Origin: Nemertoderma westbladi
Taxonomy: Eukaryota > Animalia > Xenacoelomorpha
Length of the DNA: 64,000 nt
Direction of reading: 5' to 3'
NCBI GenBank assembly: GCA_032718475.1
Contig: JAUCBJ010003036.1
Location: forward strand, 1-64,000
Shown piece after piece: positions 11,828 to 25,331 of this stretch (its first letter is position 1; each line of letters starts with the position of its first letter). Below the pieces are notes generated by a model. That model was not told the origin of the DNA and ran no database searches. It saw only the letters and a list, made by a program, of their open reading frames with translations. The position numbers were made by a program, and so were the translations under genes.

Positions 11828-13489
11828 GTAAAAGTGTTCTGAGTCTGTACTCCCAGATATTCCCATTGGCAATATCTCCTTTGCAGAAGTGAAGGCTGCT
11901 GCAAAGAGCATTAAGACCAATCGTGCCAGTGGAGTAGATGGTGTTCCCCCTGAGGTCTTTAAAATACCTGAGTGTTTAAAGCTCATCTATCCCATCATAG
12001 TAGACATGTACCGAACAACAAGAGTCCCACAAAAAATGAAAACAAATAAGTTGGTGCCAGTTCCCAAGAAGGGCAATCTAACACTCTATGGTTCTTTTCG
12101 GGGAATCTCATTGATCTCGATTGCTGCAAAGCTATACAATAGGATTCTATTAAATCGTATCAGGGATCCCATTGAGAGACTGCTCCATGGAAATCAGAAT
12201 GGGTTCCGTAAAGGTTGTGGGACCATGGAGCCCATTTTGGCACTTAGAAGGATAATTGAAGAGTTATCAAAAAAGAAAGACAGGCATCTGGCTGTTATCT
12301 TTGTTGACTTCTTTAAGGCCTTTGATTCAGTCTCTCGCTCACGTATGTTCAGCATACTTTAATTATATGGGATTCCTGATGAAATTATTGCAGCAATCAG
12401 ATCAGTATACGATGGTTCGACAACATTTGTGTCTACTGTTGATGGTGACACAGAACCATTTGAAGTGTTATGGGGCGTCCTCCAAGGAGACACACTTGCA
12501 CCATTCTTGTTCATTATTGTGGTTGACTATGTTCTACGCATGTCCTTAGATCATTATAATGATGATGGGGTGATGATAACTCCACCTACTGGCTCCAGAA
12601 GTCGAGGAAATCCTGCCAAGTACCTAACTGATCTAGACTTTGCTGATGACTTAGGAGTACTCTCAGAATCATTAGAGGGAGCCCAACGGCTCCTCAGCTC
12701 ATTAGAACATGCTGCTTCTAGTGTTGGTCTTTTTATTAACTCCAGAAAGACCAAAATTCTGACAGTTAACTTTGAAAGTCCTCAGCAAGTCTCTGATCGG
12801 ATGAGCATAAGCTCAAAGGATGGTATGCTTGAGCATGTGGACGACTTCTGTTACCTGGGATCATGGATCCGGAAGTCAGGTGGGGACCTTCGAATACGTA
12901 AGGGAAAGGCATGGGCAGCCTTGAATAGGCTTTCCGAGAGTCACCGAGAATTTATCGGAAACTTAAGGTCCGATTATTTAGAGCAGCAGTAGTTCCAGTA
13001 CTCCTCTACGGGAGTCCATGCTGGGCTCTAACTGCTGAGGACACCAAATCTCTTGATGGCACATTCACAAGAATGCTACGCCGGGTTCATTGTGTCAAGT
13101 ACAATGCACACATCTCCAACCAGACACTAATAACATTATAACTAATAACACTAATAACACTATAACATTGGAGGTGTCTCATTGGTTCCCCCAAGCTTGA
13201 CACTAGAACAAAATCGCCTCCGCTTTGCAGGACATTGCTTTTGCCGTGAGGACCAGCCAGTGCATAATCTTGTACATTGGCAGCCTCATGGAGTGAATAA
13301 GCATGGTGGACAGCCCATGACTTTCTTGAGACGCATCTTAAAGGACACTGGCCTTAAAGATGCGGATGATCTAGCAAATGTCATGGGTGATAGGGAGTTG
13401 TGGCAGTGCAATTTTGTTGACAAGCCGGCACAGCATTCTTAAAAATGCAGCTGCAATGCAGCATGCCGATCCTAGTAGTAGTAGTAGTA
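11828..13489 (+). mobile_element. 5'-truncated RTE-type LINE with (GTA)n tail and 14-bp TSD
   Basis: RT fragments 11889-12362 and 12429-12992 (DFADD); tail CTAGTAGTAGTAGTAGTA; TSD GTACTCATCAGACA at 11814-11827 and 13487-13500. Confidence 0.92.
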
Positions 13490-13639
13490 CTCATCAGACA
13501 TGTACTCTATAAACCTAACTACTATGAACATTAGTACAGGTGTACTCATCAGACTTATTTATCTATGTTAGTACGTTTGTACTCATCGGACGTACGTAAT
13601 TATATTTTATTTTTATTATTGTTATATTTTGTGTGGGAA

Positions 13640-15056
13640 GGATGTATAGCCCTCATTCCCACCCCCCTCAGTACAATTTATTGGACGACTCAACAACCTT
13701 AGGGCGATTCTTATTATATTCTGAGGTCTTCTTATCATTCGCCCTTGTCTCCTTGTCAATCCTGACTCCATCAGATCTGACCTTCCCCTCTTCTCCAGTC
13801 TCTGATCCAACCTTCCCGTTACCTCACAGAATTCTTCATCGTCTTTAGTGGTAGAATACCACCCTTCATCTTGTCGTCACTTGGTGGCAGAATGCCACCC
13901 TTCATCTTATCATCACTTGGTGGCAGAATGCCGCCCTTCATCTCATCGTCACTGGTACATTCCACCTCTGCTGGCCTCCTCCTCAATATGTGCGCCGGCA
14001 TTAAAGCCCCCGATGACCCTTGGTCATCACTTGGTACGCATAATGGCTTACCATTTAATGCCCCCTCGCACTCTGCCAGCCACGTGTTCAACACATCTCT
14101 TCTAACTTCCCCGTTTTCATCATCCTTCATCATCAGTTCTTCTCCCTTTGGATCGACCTTCTTATATTTCTTCCTTTTCCTCCTTTTCTTCTTATTCTAT
14201 CCCCCTGGTATCAGTATACTCATCAATTGGATCAGTGTCTCTTCTGGATATCTCTCCAGATATCTTGCTGTCCACACTTCCCCATCCTCGTACCGATACT
14301 CGCTAGGAACGTCTGTGTTCCATCCCATTGCTCCTCCGCCCACTCTCTTGCTGTTGCTTCTCGTCCTGTTTTCTCTATCGATGGTATTTCCCTGGACTCA
14401 TCCTCCACCCTTTCCACTATGCGTGGTTCCAGATCCATACCCGCCCCCGACTCCTGATATCCTTCCCCACTGCTTCTTATATGGGACCTCCCCATCGCCT
14501 GTCTTCGACTTCTGCTCTATGTCCCCAAAGGTACCAGACAGCATGTATCCAGATGTTTTGGGTGTGTGGAATGGAATGTTGGACTTAATGGGCCCAGTAA
14601 CCATCCATCCAAATGGCGTTAGGATCGCCACTGGGTCTCACTCCTTATCGTTCCCGAATATCATCTCATGGGCTGTCGGGCAATCCATCCCAACTATTAG
14701 AGATACGTTTGGCACATTGAGATTTGGTGTCATCAGGTCAATCGAGACCAGGTGCTGATATTGCTCGACTTCAATCATCGTCGGCCACCTGGTGTTGATG
14801 TTTATGGATTGAGTAATTCGTATAGGGTCTATAGTTGCTCCATAGTTGGAATCTGGATTTACAGCCCCTATCCGACACCTTCCTGTTCTCATTGGAAGAA
14901 TTTCATCCTTGGCGGATATGGTGGTGACCGCCATCTTACTCAACCTCGTTTTTAGTTGTAGCCTATCTGCTATCCAGTTTTCTGTCAATGTGAATGCTAC
15001 CCCACTGTTGATCAACATCAGTGTTGTTACTGATCACCCATTCTCTCCCATCATCC
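13640..15056 (-). pseudogene. BEL/Pao aspartic protease and integrase C-terminal remnants; RT and RNase H absent
   Basis: LINSG (for LIDSG), VSLIVGMD, AILTPFGWMVTGP, then LNTWLAECEGALNGKPL...ALMPAHIL, resembling the BEL integrase LAEVEAILNSRPL...LTPAHFL motif. Confidence 0.75.
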
Positions 15057-16174
15057 TTACTGGCACCACTCCCAGTAACACTGTTCCTCGCTTCTTAAAT
15101 TTCCCAGTACTTGTAGCCTCCAATGGCCTCCAATCTTATTGGTCTCAGCGTACTTCGGTGGATGCTCTCGACACCTATCCTTCCTATGTCCTCCTACTGT
15201 GCATCTGTGGCATAATAAGCTAATCGATCTTCCTTCTGCAATGCCTGCCACTGGTTGCAGTCGATGGTCTTATGCATCCCATTTCTATGCAGCTGACACT
15301 TGTAGTTTGGATTATAATGCTCTCTGTATAGCGATTCGCATATTTCGTCCAGGTCCAACTCAGATGGTTTATTGTTTTGGTTGAATATGCCCGCACCAGG
15401 GGTGTTGTTTCCTCTATAGCTAATACAGTTGTTCTTTGGACTTGTAGTCCCCTGAGTAGCCGCATATGGTAGCGATTGTCTTACTTTCTGAAGTGCGCTT
15501 GCTGTGCTATGTTCTGGTTTAGGTTGATTATATTCAACTTTCGGTGTTTTCCCGAGACTGTCTTCACTGTAAACTGGATCCGTTATTAATTCCGCCTCAT
15601 AAGTAAGAAAGTTCGACATTTCTTCCAACCCTGGCTCTGCACCGTTCTTCTCTCGAGTAGAGAAAGCGATCTTTCTCCATTTATTCCTCAACCATATGGT
15701 AGTGCCTGCGCTATTGTCATGATGTTGTTTGAAGCATTAAGTTCGTATGGTGCTTCTAGCATCTTCAAGAATTTCAATGCTTTCTCTATCCTGGTTACAA
15801 AAGCTTTGATACTGACAGGGTTATCCGCTAGTCCACCCACCTGATGTTATTCCATTTAAGGTATGTCGGTTGATCTTCGCCGGATGGCCAAATTCCCTAT
15901 CCAAGGCTCTCCATGCTGCTGTAAAACCTCCTTCGTTTCCTTGGTATTGCCTTACAATATCATAGGCTGGCTCTCCTGTATAAACTTGTAAGTACTTAAG
16001 GCACTCCGCTTGTGTCAAATTCTTTGTAAGAATTTTGTTGCTGTACATCCTCCGGAACTGCAGATATTCTTCCGGCTTACTACCATCAAACTTGAAAGGC
16101 TCCATGGGTGGTAGCTTTATTCTAGTTTTTGGCGCGTTGATGAGTGTTGCCATTCCCAACGCCTTAATTTCCAT
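15057..16174 (-). pseudogene. gag: BEL/Pao gag remnant (capsid-like region plus zinc knuckles)
   Basis: KLPPMEPFKFDG, ECLKYLQVYTGEPAYDIV, ALDREFG, NKWRK...FLTYEAELITDPVYS, CQLHRNGMHKTIDC and LCHRCTVGGHRKDRC; contains stops and frameshifts. Confidence 0.8.
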
Positions 16175-17976
16175 CGCATTCGACGGTACGGATGCAGGTT
16201 CTTTACATGCTGACTATGCTTCGCCTCTTGGGTTCGTCGACTTTCCTTGTGTAGGATATATCATTGGGGGCAATGGTCCCCTCCATATCTCTGAGTCGCA
16301 TGATTTGTTTAGATCTGAGGGGGTCACAATTTTTATTTTACTTTGCTGTATGTATTGTGGATACAGTGTATTACCCTGCCCCCCCCCCCCCCCCCCCCAC
16401 CGGTGTTATATTCTGCACTGGGGTTGATGTCATTATATTGGGACCCATACACTCATCTGCAATAACCCCCCCCCCCCCCCCCCTTTCCCCTGCGTTATAG
16501 TGATGCTGGGCTGCAGGTACTGGTATAGGCCTAACAGGTTCATGCATACTTATTGGTATGTAAGCCGCAACTTGCGGATCTAAACCAGGCATTCATGTTA
16601 CCCTATCACCTACACTATCTCTTCCACACATAGCCTACAGTATGTTCAGTATGGCCTATATTATGTCCTGCTGTCTGAATGTGGTCCTCCGGACCGAATT
16701 CTAATCTTCTCGAATATTCCGAGAACTCCTCCCTATGACTACCATATCCTCGATCCTGCCGTAACTACGTTCTGAAGGGAAGTTTCCCTTCGATCCCTTA
16801 TTCTCTCAGCTTCTTCATTGCGGTATACGGTATACTCTATACCCCTCTTCCGGTGTGTATTACACATCGACAAGCTGTGTTCCTTCGGGGTGACGGCAAT
16901 CTCCCGAAGCACAACCCCACCGGCTCTCTCCCTCCACTTCAACTATCAACGGTTCGCTGTCCATCCTATCCTGACATCTCTGGATACCCGTAGCAACACT
17001 CCATCTCTTATCCCTATCGGCCCCCTCACATCCTTTACTTCCGGCGTTATATCTACATTCATGAGACCTCGCATCGACTTCCTGGATGAACCCTACCGTT
17101 CTCCTTCTGTCTTCTGAATGGGTCCAATGTTCCCTCATTTGGTAATTTACGGCATGAACGCTTCTTCCCCTACCGGTTGTATGGCCTCGTAGATATTCGC
17201 TGACCCTCTATTCTCCCCCGTCATTGGGAGCCCTGGTTCACTTGACTCACCGGATGCATTATCCACTGACATCTGTGGGGCACTTATTGCCCCCCCCCCC
17301 CCCCTATCGTCGCTAACTGGTTGGGTGGGGTGCCCGTAGCCAACCCCACCCATCACTTCTGGTTGCCCCTCTATCTCCACTTCCCCCACACTCTCCTCTA
17401 GTTGACATGTTGCCTCTATCTCCTTTTTGTTCGTTCTCCTGCGTCTCCCTCTGCGTTTCCACATGGCCTTCTAGGCCACCACTAGGCAAATTGTTTATTT
17501 CATTAGCATTTATATTAATTATACCGTCATTACTTTTATCGTGATTACTTATTATATTATTATTTAAATTATTTTCTTCACTTTTATTATTTAAGTTATC
17601 TATCGCATTATTATTTAAATCATTTGAATTACTTACTGTACCAGTATTAACATTATTGTTCATTAAAACACTATTTCCTGTAAGAAAGGTATTTAAATTA
17701 AATTATATTAATTATATAAATTATATTTTTTATTATTATTATTATTTAATATTATTATCGACTACGGTATTATTAATATTAACATTCCCACCAAACGTAA
17801 TGTCATTACCCCCCCCCCCCCCCCTCATCCGTCCGGTTACACCAGTCTTGTGTTTTCCATCCAGTCCCAGTAAGTGGGGAGTTAACAAAGGTTTCCATGA
17901 CCTCTGGTTCCTCATAAATACTTCCTGAACCAACCTCACTCTCTGATAAACCCAGTTTTGCCAGAACGATACGGGA

Positions 17977-18366
17977 TGGAGTATCCCGGACATTATCTAC
18001 TACCAGTTATAACCCACCATTACTTATTATATTGTGATATTGTGTATTGGTGTTGGGTTGTTATGATTGAACTGACTTATCCTATTTTATATGATATAAC
18101 CTACGCATAGCTACTATAATAATCTACGCGTAGCTGCTATAATACCTACAGCAGTACTGCACAGCTGCAGTACCGGTATGCTTTACTGATTACTGAACTA
18201 CAGACAGAGCAGCAGAGGTATCTGACTGTCTGAGAACTACTGACCAATAATTATGGAAGTGTAATTAATAATAACCTACGCATTGCCCAGAGATATTATA
18301 TTATTATATTTTATGACACTGGCGTTCTTTTTACTTTTAATATAATGTAAAGTTAAGAACGATACA
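17977..18366 (+). repeat. Element D 5' LTR
   Basis: TGGAGTATC...AGAACGATACA; near-identical to 22722-23111. Confidence 0.92.
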
Positions 18367-18479
18367 TGGCGCAGTTATATTTCGGTAGCGACGTTCGCTA
18401 GCTGGAACCTATTATACGGAACTCAACACTGCAACCGGTAGGCCTACACGGATAGGGGTACCGGCAGTTGGATTAAACA

Positions 18480-19400
18480 ATGGCTACCGTTAGTGGCAAA
18501 CCCAACTTGGACGACACGACCGAGTTGGAGGAGGATGACGTGGTGATTATGGATCACGCATCCCTCTTGCAGCATTGCAAAAATGTGAATATCCATGCGA
18601 ATCCAAAGGATTCAACTATTTACCTGCGGCGTAAGTTACTCCGTTACATTGAGGGAGACTATACACCTGCAGCACAGACCCAGGGTACAATAGATCTCGT
18701 ACAACTCCTCGAGCGTCTCGAGATACAACGCCATGCGGATGACGAGGAATGCGAAGAACGCAGACGCGAGGAACCCGAGGAGTTTATCCGCTTCTTCAAC
18801 TGTAACCCAGCTGCCCCAACACAGGGAACCGGTGGGCGCCCACAACACAATGCCCCTATCGTAAAACTCCAGGTCCGCACACCGGATAAACTGGAGCAGA
18901 ACATAAAGCTGGCTATATTCCAGCACTGGCGTACTGCCTGGCAGAATTACCAGACGATAACGCGCTTAATGGATAAATCTAGAGAGGAGCAGGTGGCGAC
19001 CTTCTTTGCGTACTGTAATACGGAGCTACTAACAGACTTACACCACCTAATGGGAATACCCGCGGATACCAATCTCGATGTTGAGGCAATCTTGGAATGG
19101 ATCCAGGAACATATAAGAGCCCAACACAACATACTGGTGGACCGGTACCAGCTACTTAAAAACCGGCAGTCTTTTAACGAATATTGGGTTAAACTCCAGG
19201 AAACTTTTGATGACGCCCAGATTAACGAAATGACACAGGAGGAATGGAAACTTACCCTCCTGGTCTGTGGTTTAACCGATGAGAAGACCAGAGAGGAGGT
19301 GTTTGCTAAGAAGCCGAGACTTGATCTTGCCGGCACTGTAGAATTTTGCCAGGCTAGAGAGGTCGCTGCAAAGCCGGCGGCAGCCACTGATTCCGGTAGA
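18480..19400 (+). pseudogene. gag: Mag-like gag, apparently missing the zinc-knuckle region
   Basis: FQHWRTAWQNY and TLLVCGLTDEKTREEVFAKKPRLDLAGTVEFCQARE; ORF 18480-19547 runs directly into the protease region. Confidence 0.75.
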
Positions 19401-19461
19401 CTTCTATCTTCCACCTCGCAGCACAGGAGGAACCAGATATTATCTGACCAACCTTGCGTGC

Positions 19462-22400
19462 GTGGCAGATACCGGTGCGCAGGTCACCCTCGCGAGCACC
19501 GAAATCCAGGAGGAATGGGACTTTCCAACTGGAGCAGTTTACCGTGACCCGGTTTACCAACTCACAGGCGCAAACGGTGATATAATTCAATGTGACAGCT
19601 GCATCGACCTGCAGTTGGTTACAGGAGGCCGCACCCACACGGAGTGTATATACCTCTGTCCGGATCTCAAATACAACACGATTTTCCTTTCCCTCAACGT
19701 CTGCATCGGACTCAACATTGTCCACCCCGATTTCCCCATACCACTACATCAGGTAGCCTCTACCGACAGAGAGGCGCGCCTTAGTGTTAGTCGCAAGATT
19801 AACACTCTACAGGACGATAACATAGAGGATGTCACGACCTCACATCAAACTAGTGCAGTAGAAACATATCACAGCCTGGAGAAAGAATCCATAATACAGG
19901 AATATCATGATGTTTTCGATTGCAATGGGCCCCTTAAAATTATGGTAAGCCCCCCCATGAAAATCAAACTCAAAGATGGAGCAACACCATTCTGCCTAAA
20001 TGCACCACGTGCCATTCCCATCCCGTATCGTGAGAAAGCAAAACTGGAGATTGAGGAAATGCTAAAAAAAGGGGATAATCGAGCGTATCGGGGATAGACC
20101 CGTGGCGTGGAGCCACCCTATTGTGGTTTGCGGTAAACCAGGGTGCCCAGGGGATATCCGAATGACGGTAGACCTGACCAAGCTAAACAGGCAGGTCAAG
20201 CGGACCATCCACACCGCACCACCACCCCACAATCTTTTATTTGATAGATCCCCTGGAGCAAAAATTTTCAGTGTCCTAGATGCAAAATCAGGATACTGGC
20301 AGGTTGCACTTGATGAAGAGTCGCGCGATTTTACAACTTTCATTACGCCTTGGGGCCGATACCGCTATTGCCGGGCTCCCATGGGCTTCATCACCTCCGG
20401 CGATAGCTAGAACTACCGTGGAGATCTCGCACTCAACGGGCTAGACCGAGTTAAAAAGATAGTCGATGATGTTCTCAAAGAAGATACTGACATCGACACC
20501 CACCGCACACACATCCGGGAGGTTCTAAACTGTTGTCGTGACAACAGTATCACTTTAAATCCAAATAAATTCCAGTAAGCCCAATCGAGCGTTCGCTTCG
20601 CCGGATACATACTCAGTGGCGAGGGAGACGAAGCGAGGCGAGGCAGACCCAAATAAAGTCCGCACTATCAGGGAATACCCCACGCCGCAGAATATCACCA
20701 ACCTTAGAAGCTTCATGGGGTTGGTGAACCAGTTGGGTTATTTTTCGAGTGGGATCTCAACCACTGCGTCTCCCCTGCGCGACCTACTACGAGCTCGCAA
20801 CACTTTTATATGGACTCCAAACTATGAGGATGCCTTCATCGCAACCAAGGCGGCGCTTGTGAGTCCTCCAATTCTAACACCATTCGACGCCAGCCTTACA
20901 ACGCGTCTTAAAACGGATGCGAGTCGCCTCCATGGGCTGGGATACGACTTACTCCAGCAACACGGCGAGGATTGGAGACTTGTGGCTTGCAGAAGCCGTT
21001 TCCTCACAGAGCCGGAGAGCTGCTATGCCACCATTGAATTGGAATGTATCGCAATTAAATATGCGATAACAAAGTGTCGCATTTACTTGGCCGGTCTGCC
21101 AACATTTTCCGTGGTTACGGACCACCGGCCACTATTAGCGATTTTTAACTCTTATAACCTGGACCAGGTTGAAAATAAAAAAATACAGAAACTGAAAGCA
21201 GACTTAAAGTCAACCTACCAGTTCACCCTTGCCTGGCAGAAGGGCAAGCGCCACCGGATTGCAGATGCACTCAGCCGGGCACCCCTCGATCCCGCACCGG
21301 GTGACCCAGACGAAGAGACACCTTTACTCATAGCGGCGATTTCGGAGACACTCTGTTTCGAAGAACAGGACAGTCCCACGGCAGCCAAAGATATACACGC
21401 CAATCCACCCGCGCCGGACTCGTGCGATGAACTCATCGAGGAGTTGCAACTCGCCGCACGAATAGACCCGGACTACATTAAACTCGTGGAATGTGTGAGA
21501 GCAGGAGACCTCACCACCCTTACATCGATATCCGCGCTAACCCCGTACCGATCCATCATCGACCAGTTATCCATTTATTTCGACTTGGTTTTATACGGTG
21601 ACAGACTGGTCGTACCAGCCGCCTGCCGCGATGACACCCTTCGTCGCCTACACACACCCCACTTGGGCATCACTCGAACTAAACAACGGGTGCGCAGCAC
21701 AGTATACTGGCCGGGTATTAACAGCAACATCGAACAAGTTGTTGAACAGTGCGATGCATGCCAGGGTCTACTCCCTAGTCTTCCTAAAGAGACCCTGATG
21801 GCAGACCCCATCCCTACGCGTCCATTCGAATCCACATCCTCAGATTTATTTACCCTAGCAGGTAAACATTTCCTTGTATACGCAGACAGGTTATCAGGTT
21901 ACCCACTAGTAACCGAATGGCGTAACGATCCGTAGGCACAGCAGTGTGTTAACGCACTATGGCAATATTTTGTGGACCTTGGAGTCCCAAACATCAGATG
22001 CACAGATGGTGGTCCACAATACGCCGCCGAGGTATCCCAGAAATTCCTTAAAGAATGGGGTGTACGCTGGGAGCCAAGCACCCCACATTTCCCAAGCAGT
22101 AATGGCCATGCGGAGGCCAGTGTAAAGCAAATAAAAATGCTGCTGAGAAAGGTGCGGATCCCGGATGTGCGCTCCGAGGAGTTTCAGCGGGGGCTACTCG
22201 AGCGCCAGAACACGCCTCGTTCTAATGGGCAATCCCCAAACGAGACCATTTTCGGACGTTGCTTGCGGGCTACACTCCCCGCTCACCACTCCCACTACAA
22301 ACAGCAGTGGCAGTCCAACGCGCAGCGACCCAGCGTAGCACCACCATCGCGCGTTACAACCACACCACTCATGATCTCCCACCTATCAAAGTTGGGGAGG

Positions 22401-22549
22401 CTGTACGAGTACAAGACTCCAAATCAAAACAATGGACACATATAGGCGTCGTTGTTGAGGCTGGCCGACAACGTGATTACAGAGTGAAGCTAGAATCGGG
22501 CCGAACCTGGTGGCACTACCGCCGTTTCCTACGCCACCACCATTCCTAA
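19462..22549 (+). pseudogene. pol: Mag-like pol with stops and frameshifts
   Basis: ADTGAQVT protease, LDAKSGYWQV and IVDD RT, TDASRLHGLG RNase H, H-H-C-C and SDLF...TDGG...SNGHAE integrase. Confidence 0.9.
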
Positions 22550-22721
22550 CCGCCAGGAGGTGCTCCCGAACCGCCTGCGGCGACGACACCTAAGGTCGAA
22601 GCTAAACCGGCTACCCGCACTGCTTACCCCCATGCGTCCAAGCACGCTAGCCCAGCACAGGGTGCACTGGGACCTCCCTGATCGAAACTGAAAGTAATTT
22701 CGATCGCAGAGGAAAGGGGGA

Positions 22722-23111
22722 TGGAGTATCCCGGACAATATCTACTACCAGTTATAACCCACCATTACTTATTATATTGTGATATTGTGTATTGGTGTTG
22801 GGTTGTTATGATTGAACTGACTTATCCTATTTTATATGATTTAACCTATGCGTAGCTACTATAATAATCTACGCGTAGCTGCTATAATACCTACAGCAGT
22901 ACTGCACAGCTGCAGTACTGGTATGCTTTACTGATTACTGAACTACAGACAGAGCAGCAGAGGTATCTGACTGTCTGATAACTACTGACCAATAATTATG
23001 GAAGTGTAATTAATAATAACCTACGCATTGCCCAGAGATATTATATTATTATATTTTATGACACTGGCGTTCTTTTTACTTTTAATATAATGTAAAGTTA
23101 AGAACGATACA
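22722..23111 (+). repeat. Element D 3' LTR
   Basis: Follows the PPT; matches the 5' LTR. Confidence 0.92.
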
Positions 23112-24725
23112 CTAATCGGTACTTTTGTTTCCCCTTTTACTGCATTAACCCCCTCAACCGGGTATGATTTCATCCCGCATTCTCTTACCAGCTCTCTCTC
23201 CCTGTCCTCTCTAATACTCTGGTCCGCAAATATATTTCCCTCCTCAATCCTCTCAGCTTTCCTCGTGTCTCGGTCTTTACACTCGTCCACCTCCATCTCA
23301 GCCCTTTCTACTTTCCTCGTGTCTTGCTCTTTATGGTCGTTCGCTTCTCTCGTATCCCGTTCTTTACGCTTATTCACTTCCCTCGCCTCCCGTTCTTTAC
23401 GCTCATTCACTTCATTCTCCCCTTGTTCTTTATGCTCACTCATTTCCTTCTCAACCCATTCAGCCTCCCTTGCGTCTCATTCTCTATACTCTCTTGCTAC
23501 TTTTTCAGCCTTCCCTTTGCACTCTCTCGCTAACTCCCTTTCCATGTCTAACAACGCAGTCCCTTCATCCAACTGTCTCTCTAACTCATTTTCGTCTAGC
23601 GCAACAACTATATCTAGCTGACATGCCAGAGCTATCTCTAGCACCCTTCTTGCTTTTGTGGAGGATGTGGCGGACTTTTTGGTTGCGACGGTTGCTTTCC
23701 CATCGCCTTCTGGTTCTACTACTTCTATCATATTTACTAGTGGCGCCCGTTGTTCTTCCGACGGATGACACCGAATCCTCCAGGTTTACCTCTGGTTTGG
23801 TGTCGTTCGAACCTGCCCATCCCACTAACTTAATCCCCCGCTACTAGATAAGGCCCTACGTACACCACACCAGATCTATCTCTAGCACCCTTCTTGCTTT
23901 TGCAGAGGATGTGGCAGATTTTTTGGTTGCGATGGTTGCTTTCCCGTCACCTTCCGGTTCTATACTTCTATCATATTTACTAGTGCCGCCCATTGTTCTT
24001 CCGATGGATGACACCGAATCCTCCAAGTTTACCTCGGGTTTGGTGTCGTTTGAACCCACCCATCCCACTAACTTAATCCCCCGCACATCTACTAGATAAG
24101 GCCCTACATACACAATACTGTACAGCATTATCTGTGATTGCAACAATTCACATAGTTCTGTGGCGACCTCCCTCGCCCTTTCATTCGCCAGTTCACCCTG
24201 TCCAGAAATGTGTATTGCACTCACCGAGTCGGTGCTCCTGTTTACCGGTGGTCCTGGCGTCCTTGAGTATCCTCCTTGTGGCATTGTATCCCCGTCGCAG
24301 GCGATCGCTCGTCCCGACATCATCCTCCTGAACTTCTTGACCCCTTTCCTTGTCTGGCGTCGCACCATTGGCCCCACCATTGCCGTTCTGGGGGGATGTC
24401 CGCCGCCTGTAGCCACTGGTTGGCTGGCGACTCCAGTGCTTCTCTATCTGCTCCCATCCCGTGTCGACTCGCGCTCCCATTCATCTTCTATCCGTCCACC
24501 TTCCTCCTCTCCAACCAGACTGTTGTCTCTTGGTAAATACAGTATGGTGGGCCAATAGCATCGAGTCGCCGCCTCCCTGATCATTGCGTCTCTGCCGCTT
24601 AGGGTGCGCAGCGGACTCCCTTCTCCACCAATCGAACTTTGGGGAGTTTGTTCGCTCATTGTGTTGGCGCTGGTGCTTGTTGTCGTCACAGATCTCATCG
24701 TAGGTTTTAAAGTCTGGTTTTAAAC

Positions 24726-25331
24726 TGTGATGGGATCCGAGTAGGCAAGGGATCCCAACTGGAGTGTGTTTTGAGTCGTATGGGGAATACGCATTGCTGC
24801 GTCCACTTAGTTACTGAAAGGCTGTTAAAGGGGCTGAAAGGCCAAAGGCCGATATAATAACTAAGTTTATATTATATGGTTATTGGTAATGTCAGATATA
24901 TGACTATCGGTAATACAGAACAATCAGTATAGCACAATAATAGCAGTAACAACAACGACGGTTTAAAACCGTTTGACTTCTACACTCAACATAGCCAACT
25001 GAACCACAATCAACAGAGTAACGGTTATATTTTGCATGGAAGATTACACACATTCCTAACTATGTTTGGCCTACCAATAAATGCGCGTAATTGATGGAAA
25101 GCTGCCCCACTATTGGCTGGTTTACTTCTTGGCCAATCCCTATTTTCCCCTGGCCCTATGCTGGCTTCCACTGAGATGTATTGGCATCTCTCTCTGGGTG
25201 ACAATGTATATTGCCTCGTTCCCTCTAGTATACACTATTGCGTTGGGCAATATTGCATATCTAATCGTGATTTGTAATCCAGGATTTCCCTATTTTCCAC
25301 TAGGTGGTGCAGCGGATTGGATCCACTAACA
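24726..25331 (-). repeat. Element A 5' LTR (606 bp)
   Basis: Minus strand TGTTAGTGGATCCAATCCGCT...ATCCCATCACA; termini homologous to the element B LTR (TGTTAGCTTATCCAATTCCGCT...ATCCCGTCACA). Confidence 0.82.
24998..25029 (-). promoter_or_regulatory. Putative TATA box plus Inr of LTR A
   Basis: Minus strand TATAA (25025-25029) and TCAGT (24998-25002); same 27-nt offset as in LTR B. Confidence 0.6.

Larger units (their letters stand above)
17977..23111 (+). mobile_element. Element D: Mag-like Gypsy LTR retrotransposon, decayed, nested in element A
   Basis: 390-bp LTRs at 17977-18366 and 22722-23111; PBS TGGCGCAGTT at 18367; PPT GAGGAAAGGGGGA; gag-PR-RT-RH-IN fragments. Confidence 0.92.
11719..25331 (-). 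mobile_element. Element A: BEL/Pao-derived non-autonomous LTR element, interrupted twice, 3' LTR not found
   Basis: 5' LTR at 24726-25331; BEL gag, protease and integrase-tail remnants at 13640-16174; collinear with element B. The left boundary is approximate. Confidence 0.8.

Noticed and set aside
13871-14758. 295-aa plus-strand hydrophobic ORF (env-like?)
   Set aside because: It is the antisense shadow of the purine-rich BEL remnant; no envelope motifs.
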